A stretch of 64,000 nt of DNA from Minisyncoccota bacterium (lineage in GTDB: Bacteria > Patescibacteriota > Minisyncoccia > Moranbacterales > UBA2206), in assembly GCA_031291955.1 (NCBI GenBank), contig JARLIA010000011.1:6511-70510 (forward strand), read 5' to 3'. Numbering within the stretch: the stretch's first letter is position 1; every line of letters begins with the position of its first letter. The notes under the pieces were generated by a model. It made no database searches, had not been told where the DNA came from, and saw only the letters and a program-made list of their open reading frames with translations. Made by a program: the position numbers and the translations under genes. Positions 1 to 7,800 of this stretch are shown piece by piece.

Positions 1-28
1 TTAAAACTTTTCCAGGCACTTAGAGCCT
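1..28. repeat. Boundary repeat ttaaaacttttccaggcacttagagcct, an inverted copy of 4832-4859 with one mismatch; possibly truncated by the window edge
   Basis: Reverse complement of positions 1-19 equals 4841-4859 except one base. The core ggcacttagagcct also recurs at 4868-4881. Confidence 0.5.
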
Positions 29-107
29 CAATACCGACAAGCGCGCAACTCCCAAAAGAAAAATATAGTTTTAAAATTAACTAAGTAATTAATTTATTCA
101 AAAACAT

Positions 108-848
108 ATGTTTCAAAAACTTCTTTCCAGAATGTCCAGAAAGGCTGTGGCCGGCCTGGTCTTCGGCGTTATGCTGGCTTTGGGCGCCCTTATGGCCATC
201 GCTTTCACTGAACCGTCCACTTCTCCTTCCAGCATGCAGGAACCCCTTAATTCCAGTTCTACTGGCAATCTCAATAACGAAAAAAACGGCTCCGGGTCGG
301 GGACGAATGACACGCCGTACACGCAAATCCTGGGCGGCGTGGATGATTATAATAATAACTCCACGATGCCAAGCGACACGTATTCCGCCTCTTGGACGAC
401 GTGTAATTCCGGAAACAGTTATTGCGGCACGGGCGACGCGACCAATGCCAACAAGCAAGATCCCAACACCGGCCTGACCTGGTCGAACTGGCTTGATTCG
501 GGGAACAGCCACGACTGGTTTTGGGCCAACAACTGCGCGGAACCGGGGAGCGCCAGCGACCCCGGCACGTGCGTCAACAATGGAGACGCGGCCTGTCAAT
601 GTGTGAAACTGACCAGCTCAAAAACCGGTTGTGAAGCGCTGAGCGGCTGGCGCCTGCCATATCAGAAAGAACTGATGCAATCCTATATTGACGGATCCTG
701 GGGAAATCTATCTTCGGCTAACTACAGCTATTGGTCGTCTACTACCAACTCGTACAATACCCAGAGTGCTTGGTTCGTGTACCAGAACTACGGCAACACG
801 AACTACAACATTAAGACGGGTACCACTAAAGTCCGGTGCGTCCGTTAG
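108..848 (+). CDS. DGR target protein: N-terminal signal/TM segment, Ser/Thr-rich linker and C-terminal DUF1566 (Lcl C-terminal, C-type-lectin-like) domain carrying the variable region
   Basis: 246 aa. Hydrophobic N-terminus AVAGLVFGVMLALGALMAIAF. Motifs GLTW, WRLPYQKEL, YWSSTT and terminal KVRCVR are typical of DUF1566. The last ~45 codons are repeated at 2363-2513. Confidence 0.75.
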   Translation: MFQKLLSRMSRKAVAGLVFGVMLALGALMAIAFTEPSTSPSSMQEPLNSSSTGNLNNEKNGSGSGTNDTPYTQILGGVDDYNNNSTMPSDTYSASWTTCNSGNSYCGTGDATNANKQDPNTGLTWSNWLDSGNSHDWFWANNCAEPGSASDPGTCVNNGDAACQCVKLTSSKTGCEALSGWRLPYQKELMQSYIDGSWGNLSSANYSYWSSTTNSYNTQSAWFVYQNYGNTNYNIKTGTTKVRCVR

Positions 849-860
849 TCTTGTGGCAAC
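709..860 (+). repeat. DGR variable region (VR), including a conserved 3' end that runs ~12 nt past the stop codon (IMH-like)
   Basis: Direct repeat of 2363-2513. Differences are concentrated at positions that are A in the TR copy. Confidence 0.7.
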
Positions 861-906
861 GATTTGGTGATTTGATCATTCGGGTGATTTGGTTATTTGA
901 ATTATT

Positions 907-949
907 TAAGGTTCAACCTTTGGCTAGCCAAAGGTTGAACCTTAGGAAG
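907..949. repeat. 48-bp perfect palindrome family (cttcctaaggttcaacctttggct|agccaaaggttgaaccttaggaag), copy 1; outer 5 nt of the left arm absent
   Basis: Self-complementary; followed by cctcttt then ATG of the KilA-N ORF. Confidence 0.8.
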
Positions 950-956
950 CCTCTTT

Positions 957-1718
957 ATGACAAAAAGAAAAAAAGAAATAAACATAAAAGGCACGATAGT
1001 AGCTTTCTTTTCCGAGAAGGATAATGATTTTATTTGTTTGACTGACATGGCGAAATTCAAGGCTTATGATAGCGGAGTCGTTATCTCCAATTGGCTGACC
1101 ACGAAATATACCGTACAATTTATGGGCGCATGGGAACAATTGCATAATCAAAATTTTAATCTTATGGAATATCATAAGATTAAAAATGAAGTTGGCACCA
1201 ATGGGTTTATCGTTTCTTCGTCTATGTGGATCAGAAAGACAAATGCCATAGGCATTAGATCCAGCGCGGGCAGATATGGCGGTACTTTTGCTCATAAAGA
1301 CATCGCTTTCGAATTTGCAACTTGGCTCTCTCCGGAGTTTAAGCTTTATTTGATCAAAGAATTTCAAAGGCTGAAGATTGAAGAAAATGACCGGCTGACG
1401 CTTGGCTGGGATACAAAAAGAATGCTGACAAAAATAAATTATCGCATCCATACTGATGCGATCAAGGCTCACATAATTCCTAGCCGTATTTCAAGGGTTC
1501 AGGAAAATAATGTATACGCGAGCGAAGCTGATGTTTTAAATATGGCTTTATTTGGAATGACGGCGAAAGTTTGGCGAGACAAAAATTCAAAACTTGCGGG
1601 AAATATACGGGATTACGCGGATGTGACACAATTGGTCTGCCTGTACACGCTTCCTAAGGTTCAACCTTTGGCTAGCCAAAGGTTGAACCTTAGGAAGCCT
1701 CTTTATGGCTCGCTATAA
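957..1718 (+). CDS. KilA-N domain protein; C-terminal 20 aa encoded by read-through of palindrome copy 2
   Basis: 253 aa. GTFAHKDIAFEFATWLSPEFKLYLIKEF resembles the KilA-N/APSES DNA-binding core. AGGAAG lies 7 nt upstream of the ATG. Confidence 0.55.
   Translation: MTKRKKEINIKGTIVAFFSEKDNDFICLTDMAKFKAYDSGVVISNWLTTKYTVQFMGAWEQLHNQNFNLMEYHKIKNEVGTNGFIVSSSMWIRKTNAIGIRSSAGRYGGTFAHKDIAFEFATWLSPEFKLYLIKEFQRLKIEENDRLTLGWDTKRMLTKINYRIHTDAIKAHIIPSRISRVQENNVYASEADVLNMALFGMTAKVWRDKNSKLAGNIRDYADVTQLVCLYTLPKVQPLASQRLNLRKPLYGSL
1650..1697. repeat. 48-bp perfect palindrome, copy 2
   Basis: 24-bp arms with no loop; identical to 4306-4353; followed by cctcttt then ATG of avd at 1705. Confidence 0.85.
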
Positions 1719-2064
1719 CCACCTTCTTGTTTTCCAGCGGTCTTATGACTTGAATCTGGAAATATATCGCACGACCCACAATTTCCCTCGGGAATATAAA
1801 TATAGTTTGGGACAAAAAATGAAAGAAATTTCCGCGGAACTTTTGGATTGGATCGTGGTGACCAATTCCCAAAAAGACAAGACGCCCTATTTTTCCAAAA
1901 TAAAAATGCAGATCGAAAGATTGCGCATCCAGATCCGGGTGGCGTATGATTTGAAAATAATCAAAAGCCAAAGATTGGAATTTTTGAACCGGATCATCGA
2001 AGAAATTTCCATGCAGGTCAGTGGCTGGGAAAACTGGGCGAAGACTCAGGATGCAAAGGCTTAG
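1705..2064 (+). CDS. avd: Avd-like accessory variability determinant (four-helix-bundle protein family)
   Basis: 119 aa. N-terminal LLVFQRSYDLNLEIYRTTHNFPREYKYSLGQKMKE matches the four-helix-bundle / 23S-IVS protein family that includes DGR Avd. Lies between VR and TR. Confidence 0.7.
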   Translation: MARYNHLLVFQRSYDLNLEIYRTTHNFPREYKYSLGQKMKEISAELLDWIVVTNSQKDKTPYFSKIKMQIERLRIQIRVAYDLKIIKSQRLEFLNRIIEEISMQVSGWENWAKTQDAKA

Positions 2065-2084
2065 GCTCTAAGAGCCTAAGCCTT
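2056..2084 (+). terminator. Perfect hairpin (13-bp stem, 3-nt loop) overlapping the avd stop codon; no U-tract
   Basis: aaggcttaggctc-taa-gagcctaagcctt. The core ggctctaagagcc is related to the boundary repeat core. Confidence 0.35.
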
Positions 2085-2362
2085 TGGGTTTCCGCGCTCG
2101 GTTCCCAGTTCTTTGAAAATTTAGAGAAGAAGATTTGGCGAAGCCAGAATTTTTATTTCGATTTCGGCCTGACAGTCGGGACAAATAAAAAGAGAGCATC
2201 GAATCGTTGCGGTTCCGCCTGCTTGATGGCGTTGGTTTTTGGAAAAGTTCGTTTCGATAAAAAAATATCAAACGCGCGACTGGCGTCAAGAGCATTAAGT
2301 TGCTTTGAACCATACTCAATTTCGGTTGAGATTGGTTCAGTTGAGGAAAAATGGTGGAATGA

Positions 2363-2513
2363 TATCTTCGGCTAACAACAACTATTGGTCGTCTACTACC
2401 AACTCGAACAATACCCAGAATGCTTGGAACGTGAACCAGAACAACGGCAACACGAACAACAACAATAAGACGAACACCAACAAAGTCCGGTGCGTCCGTT
2501 AGTCTTTGGCAAC
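2363..2513 (+). repeat. DGR template repeat (TR), AAC-codon-rich
   Basis: ~151-bp direct repeat of VR. Encodes an N-rich pseudo-peptide (NNNYWSSTTNSNNTQNAWNVNQNNGNTNNNNKTNTNKVRCVR). 14 adenine positions differ from VR. Confidence 0.75.
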
Positions 2514-2628
2514 TATTCACTTTTTACCGCTGGCAATGCTGGCTTCGCCAAGCCTTTTTCGGGAAAAATTTCCAAGCAAAAAACCCGCTTGCGCGGATTT
2601 CTTGACGAGCACCAACTGGTGCAGGACT

Positions 2629-2769
2629 CGGACTTGTCATTCCTATGCAGTAATACTAGCAGAGAATGGAAAATATGTCAAATTTGGTTATTCACACGAT
2701 TGTGGAGATGAGGGGAATCGAACCCCCGGGCTCTGGAATGACAAGTCCGAACCCGCACCAAGCCATCCC
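2629..2769. other. Structured region between TR and RT, including a minus-strand tRNA-like acceptor/T-arm minihelix
   Basis: 15-bp inverted repeat (2629-2643 cggacttgtcattcc / 2735-2749 ggaatgacaagtccg) encloses a T-arm-like hairpin. The minus strand of 2702-2769 folds as GGGGAUG...GGGGGUUCGAUUCCCCU-CAUCUCC-A with no anticodon arm. Its T-arm is identical to that of tRNA-Glu at 59094. Confidence 0.35.
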
Positions 2770-2815
2770 CACAACGAAAATATCATAACACAAAAATAAG
2801 CAAGCGGCAAAAAAA

Positions 2816-3938
2816 TCATTTTTTAACTCTAAAATAATAAAAATCAAGGGACGATGGTTCAAGATAAGATTTCAACACGCCGAAATGTCTGGTGTAAAGC
2901 GACTTTCGCAGGCGCACCGTGTCGGCATGGCGGAATTGACCGTAGTAGGAATTTATGACGGATAAAATATTCTGAAGATCTTTTTGGAAAGTTTCCGGAG
3001 AATCGGGGAGGGGAGAATCGTTAAATTTTTTCAGCTTTTCTTTGAGATGGTTCACCACTCTTCGTCGGATGAGAGAATAGCCGGGCTTTATGATAAACCC
3101 GACAAAATTAATTCCACGACAGACGGATTGTTGGACGGATTTTCTCGGATGAAGAGTGAGTTGCAGTTCTTTTTTCAAAAAAATATCGATTCGTTTTTTC
3201 CAAATTTGAAGCTGGCGGGGATTTTTGCCAATCAAGATAAAATCATCGACATAGCGCAGATAAAATTTCACCCCCAAATCGTGTTTTACGAATTGATCGA
3301 GCCGATTGAGATATATATTGGCGAAAAACTGGGAAGTCAAATTGCCGATCGGAAGCCCCCGATCGGGCGAAATCCTAAAAAGGGTTTTGTTTTTAGGAAT
3401 GAGTTTGGCCAGATTCGGGTTGCCTTTGCGATAATAATTTTTGGTCGGATCGTGAAAAATTATTTTTTCGGCCAGCCATAAGATTTCCGGATTTCTTACC
3501 TGTTTTTTTGATGGCCGCGAAAAGAATATTTTTATTGAGCGACATAAAAAAAGCGGCAATGTCCATTTGGAGATAATGAGCGGGATGGGAAAAATTTTCA
3601 GTGGCGGTTCTTAAGGATTTTTTGAGATATTTTATGGCGATGTGAGAACCTTTGCCTTTTCGGCAGGCGAAAGAGTGAAAAATGAATTTTTTTTCGAAAA
3701 TCGGTTCCAGATAGCTGACGAGCAGGTGATGGACAATCCTATCGCGAAAATCAGCGGCGAAAATTTCGCGCGGCTTGGGAATAGTTACCACAAAACAAAT
3801 GGATTGCCCGGGATGATAAACGCGGTCTTGAAGCTCGCGTTCCAGTTTCAAGAGTTCATATTCAAAATTTAGCTCGATTCTGGCGGCATTGGCGGTTTTT
3901 CTTTTCCGTTTTCGGCAATCGTGATAGGCTTTTAACAA
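2816..3938 (-). CDS. DGR-type reverse transcriptase, interrupted by a +1 frameshift at the T7 run 3504-3510
   Basis: N-terminal ORF (3393-3938) has RDRIVHHLL, SFACRKGKGSHIA and LQMDIAAFF (RT motifs 1-3). C-terminal ORF (2816-3559) has GLPIGNLTSQFFANIYL, YLRYVDDFILIG (YxDD), GINFVGF and SYYGQFRHAD. Removing one A from the A7 run on the coding strand gives a continuous ...AAIKKQVRNPEILWLAEK... Confidence 0.8.
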
Positions 3939-3982
3939 ATTTTGAAAAGTAAAATAAGTAACGGCGCAAGATTTTGCGTCGC

Positions 3983-4004
3983 CTCTCTCTCTCTCTCTCT
4001 CTCT
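3983..4004. repeat. (CT)11 dinucleotide microsatellite in the divergent RT / transposase promoter region
   Basis: Uninterrupted ctctct... tract 45-66 nt upstream of the RT ATG (minus strand) and ~115 nt upstream of the transposase ATG. Confidence 0.9.
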
Positions 4005-4119
4005 CGATTTCCGAAATTATTTTTTCCTCCTCCATTTTTTGTTTTTCTATGTTATTATAATAACACAGTCAAAAAAAGAGCTAAACAAAAAAAACAGACC
4101 TCGGAGGTCTGTCAACCAA

Positions 4120-4794
4120 ATGAGAAAAACCGAGTTTGCCAACGAGGAATACTATCATATTTACAATCGCGGGGTAGACAAGCGGGAAGTGTTTGGCCAT
4201 GCCAATGATTATGAAAGATTTTTGCTTGGTATGGATTTGTTGAATGACGAGGATGACGGACTGATGCTTCTTTGGAGGGACTTGCACAAAAATGGGGCGG
4301 CCGGGCTTCCTAAGGTTCAACCTTTGGCTAGCCAAAGGTTGAACCTTAGGAAGCCTCTCGTTGATATCATCGCTTATTGTCTCAACCCCAATCATTATCA
4401 TTTCATCTTGAAGCAAAATAAAGACAAGGGGATAGAAAAATTTATGCAAAAATTGAGCACCAGCCATACGATGTATTTCAATAAAAAATATCAGAGAAGC
4501 GGCGCGCTATTTCAAGGCCGGTATAAATCCATCCACATCGACTCCAATGAATATCTGCTGTATCTCTCGTGCTATGTCAACGCCAATCATTTCATTCACG
4601 GGTATAATAGTGTTGAGGACTGGCCATATTGCAGTTATCCGGATTATCTCGGCAAAAGAAACGGAAAATTGTGCGGCAAAGAAATGATACTCGGGCAGTT
4701 TGACAATGATTTTTCCCAATATGAAAAATATCTGAATGACAACGCGCTCCACTTCAAAGAGAAAAAGGAAATGGAAAAATATATCTTGGAATAA
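4120..4794 (+). CDS. HUH tyrosine transposase, IS200/IS605 TnpA / REP-associated (RAYT-like, COG1943) family, with an in-frame palindrome insertion
   Basis: YHIYNRGVDKREVF, AYCLNPNHYHFIL (HuH) and ALFQGRYKS (catalytic Tyr context). Start taken at MRKTEF. The 48-bp palindrome 4306-4353 is translated in-frame as LPKVQPLASQRLNLRKP between the N-terminal motif and the HuH motif. Confidence 0.75.
   Translation: MRKTEFANEEYYHIYNRGVDKREVFGHANDYERFLLGMDLLNDEDDGLMLLWRDLHKNGAAGLPKVQPLASQRLNLRKPLVDIIAYCLNPNHYHFILKQNKDKGIEKFMQKLSTSHTMYFNKKYQRSGALFQGRYKSIHIDSNEYLLYLSCYVNANHFIHGYNSVEDWPYCSYPDYLGKRNGKLCGKEMILGQFDNDFSQYEKYLNDNALHFKEKKEMEKYILE
4306..4353. repeat. 48-bp perfect palindrome, copy 3 (inside the transposase CDS)
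   Basis: Identical to 1650-1697. Confidence 0.9.
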
Positions 4795-4831
4795 AAGGCT
4801 GCAAGAGCCAAGCTCCTTAATGATGGGAGTT

Positions 4832-4881
4832 AGGCTCTAAGTGCCTGGAAAAATTTTAACATTGCTTGGCACTTAGAGCCT
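4832..4881. repeat. Inverted-repeat hairpin (14-bp stem aggctctaagtgcc / ggcacttagagcct, 22-nt loop); right boundary repeat of the DGR module
   Basis: Lies between the transposase stop and the giant gene start; the left arm plus loop is the reverse complement of window positions 1-28. Confidence 0.6.
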
Positions 4882-4887
4882 TGAAGA

Positions 4888-7800
4888 GTGCGTAAAGTAA
4901 AAGAATTAAAAAAAATTAAAGTGACCTCCAAAACAAAAATTATTTTATACTCCTTGGCTTTTTTCCTGATCTTTTTGGGTTTTTCCGGCAATGCCAATGC
5001 CGCTCAAATTGGCAACACCATCGATTGGGCCTGGAGCGGGCAGTTGGGATGGATCCATTTTAACGGCAGCGCAGCCACGCCGGATTATGGCGTGACGACG
5101 ACCGACGGCACTGGTCTAACTGGCTATGCCTGGAGCGAAAAAGGCGGCTATATCAAATTTTCCGGCACTTGTTCGCAAGCCGGCGGATGCCCGGGCGGAG
5201 GGAATACATATCAAGTGACAGCTTCCGGCACGTGCGCAGTTGGTCGGGAATGTCTTTCCGGCTGGGCTTGGGGAGCGGGAATCGGCTGGATCCATTTTGC
5301 CGCCAGCGGTTCAAACTATGCCAACAATTCCAATACCACCTACGGCGTCTATATCGATTCCCAAGGATTTTTCAGGGGCTACGCCTGGAATGACCAATTC
5401 GGCTGGATCCATTTCGGTGGAGCGTGTACCGGAGGAGTTGGAACTTGCCTGAATGGAGAAGCGACTTACGCGGTTCATGAAGGTCCTAAAAACGTCTACT
5501 ATTCCGTCGGCCAATCGGTGTCCAATCTCATGACCGGTTCGCCGACGATGAATCTGACGAGTGGCGTGGCGACTTTTTCCGTGGCGCAGACGGGAAACAT
5601 CGGGGTGGGCGACCGGGTGACGTATAACACTTCCAGCGTCGCTTACATTGCATCGAAAACCGACTCGACCGGGACTGATTGGCAACTGGTGACGGCCACC
5701 GGCGGAACGCCGGCGGATGTCTCTGTCGCGACGGTCAATTCCATCACCCACGAATACACTTCACTTGCGGCGGCGATTGCCGGAGCCACAGACGTCAACC
5801 ATCTCAACAACACCGATCTCACAGTCGCCAACGTGGTTTTGAATATTCCTTGTTATTATGATTCCGGATCGGACACGACAGCGGTGACGGTTTCCGGCTA
5901 CACGACTTCGGCGGCGGATTACATCAAAATTTACACGCCGTCCAACACAACTACTTATCCGGCTGAAGCCAATAATTCGCAGCGGGCGATGGGGAAGTGG
6001 GACGCGACGAAATATAATCTTCAAGCAGGGGCTTCGTCATCCAGTCTTTTGAATATTCTTGTTCCTGATGTGAAAATTGACGGGCTGCAATTATATCAAT
6101 CGGTAGGATATTATTCATCTGTAGTAGGATTGAATAGCAGCGGTGTTGTCAATCTCAGTGTGTCTAATAGTATTATAAGAGCATTCAGTGGCAATACAGG
6201 AAATTATGGCATAATTATTGAAGGCGGAAGCACTGGAAGTGTTTATAATATTTACAATAACATTGTCTATGGGGCGAGTTATGATTCTGGGTGTAATGGC
6301 CTAATGGTTGAGAATAGTTCGGTGTTTTTGTATAACAATACCTTTTACGGCAACTATACGGGAATTTATGGCTATAGCGGCACACTTATAGCTAAAAATA
6401 ACATTGTCTATAACAACACCACCGACTATTCCGGCTCATTCGATTCTTCTTCCACTAACAATTTGAGCAAAGATGCGACTGCGCCGGGGTCTAATGCGGA
6501 AATAAATCGGACCGTCCAATTCGCCAACGCCGGCGCCAATGATTTTCATCTTTCCCTTGCCGACACGGCCGCCCTGGGACACGGCGCGAATCTCTCCGTC
6601 GATACCAATTTTGCTTTCGATACTGACATTGACGGCCAAACGCGACCGACGATATGGGACATCGGAGCGGACCAATCCGCCACGGCGATATATTATTCCG
6701 TTGGGCAAAATACCAACGATCATTCTTCTGGCGGGAATGTTTCCATCTCTTCCGGCGAAGCGACTTTTGACACGCCTCAAACGGCGACGAACTTGGGCGT
6801 GGGAGATGTGCTCACCGCCGGAGGCAACGCTTATTACATTTCCAAAAAAATCGACACTTCCCATTGGGATGTTATTACGGCTCTTGGCGCGACGCCGGCG
6901 GATTTATCTTCCACATCGGTTACCTCCATTACTCACGCCTTCGCGTCTTTGGAAGGTGCGGTCGATGCCAGCACTGCCTCTGGCGCGTTCGACAGTTCGC
7001 ATCTCAACACCAAAGATCTGGTGGCGAACAATTATCAATTGAATATTCCTTGCTATTACGATACCGGTGCGGACACGACAGCGGTGACGATTTCGGGATG
7101 GACAACAGGCGCTTCCAATTACATTCGTATTTACACGCCGAAGAGTCTGACGACGGAAGCCAATTTTTCGCAAAGGGCGACGGGTAAGTGGGATAATTCG
7201 AAATATTCAATTTCAGCCAATGCTAACGTTATTTATGTGCAGATTGAAAATGTCCATGTAGACGGGTTGCAAGTCGAACTTAATCCAACATCAGATGATG
7301 GATATTTAGGAATAGGAGTAAATTCCCAATCATACATCATCGATGGGTTTGAAGCTTCAAATAATATCGTTAAACAGACAACTCAAAAAGTTGATGCGTA
7401 CGGGGTAATTTGTTATACAGGAGCATCTACTTGTAAAATATGGAATAACATTGTTTATGGCTTTAGTTTAGGATCGGCAGGAAGAGGGTCTATTTTGGTG
7501 GGCGGGTCAAGCAGTACTGTGGCCTATGTTTACAATAATACGACCTATGGAAATTATATCGGAATACAGGAATTGGCAGGCGGGGAAATATTTCTCAATA
7601 ACAATCTTTCATACAATAACGGGACCGACTATGACGGCTCTTTCGATCCGTCTTCCACCAACAACTTGAGTAAAGACGCGACTGCGCCGGCCTACGGGAC
7701 GTATTATCGTAACGCGACGGTAACTTTCGTTGACGCTACGAACGATGATTTCCATCTGGCTTCCACCGATACGGGAGCGATTGGCAACGGCGCGAATTTG

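Noticed and set aside
2305-2502. 65-aa plus-strand ORF (MNHTQFRLRLVQLRKNGGMISSANNNYWSSTT...) and the overlapping minus-strand ORF 2068-2520
   Set aside because: It is the DGR template repeat read in the target gene's frame (Asn-rich because of AAC codons). It has no independent start context. The antisense ORF is an artefact of the same region.
2702-2769. Genuine tRNA gene on the minus strand
   Set aside because: Acceptor stem and T-arm are good, but every register was tried and no anticodon or D arm can be formed. Kept only as a tRNA-like element or remnant.
3393-3559. Interpreting the two RT ORFs as two separate genes or a programmed frameshift
   Set aside because: RT motifs 1-3 and 4-7 are split exactly at an A7 run and rejoin perfectly with a 1-nt deletion. 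A single gene with a frameshift is most parsimonious. Whether it is error, decay or programmed cannot be decided from the sequence.
4081-4467. 128-aa minus-strand ORF antisense to the transposase, also translating the palindrome
   Set aside because: It lies entirely inside a well-supported plus-strand HUH transposase. The palindrome is open in several frames by construction.
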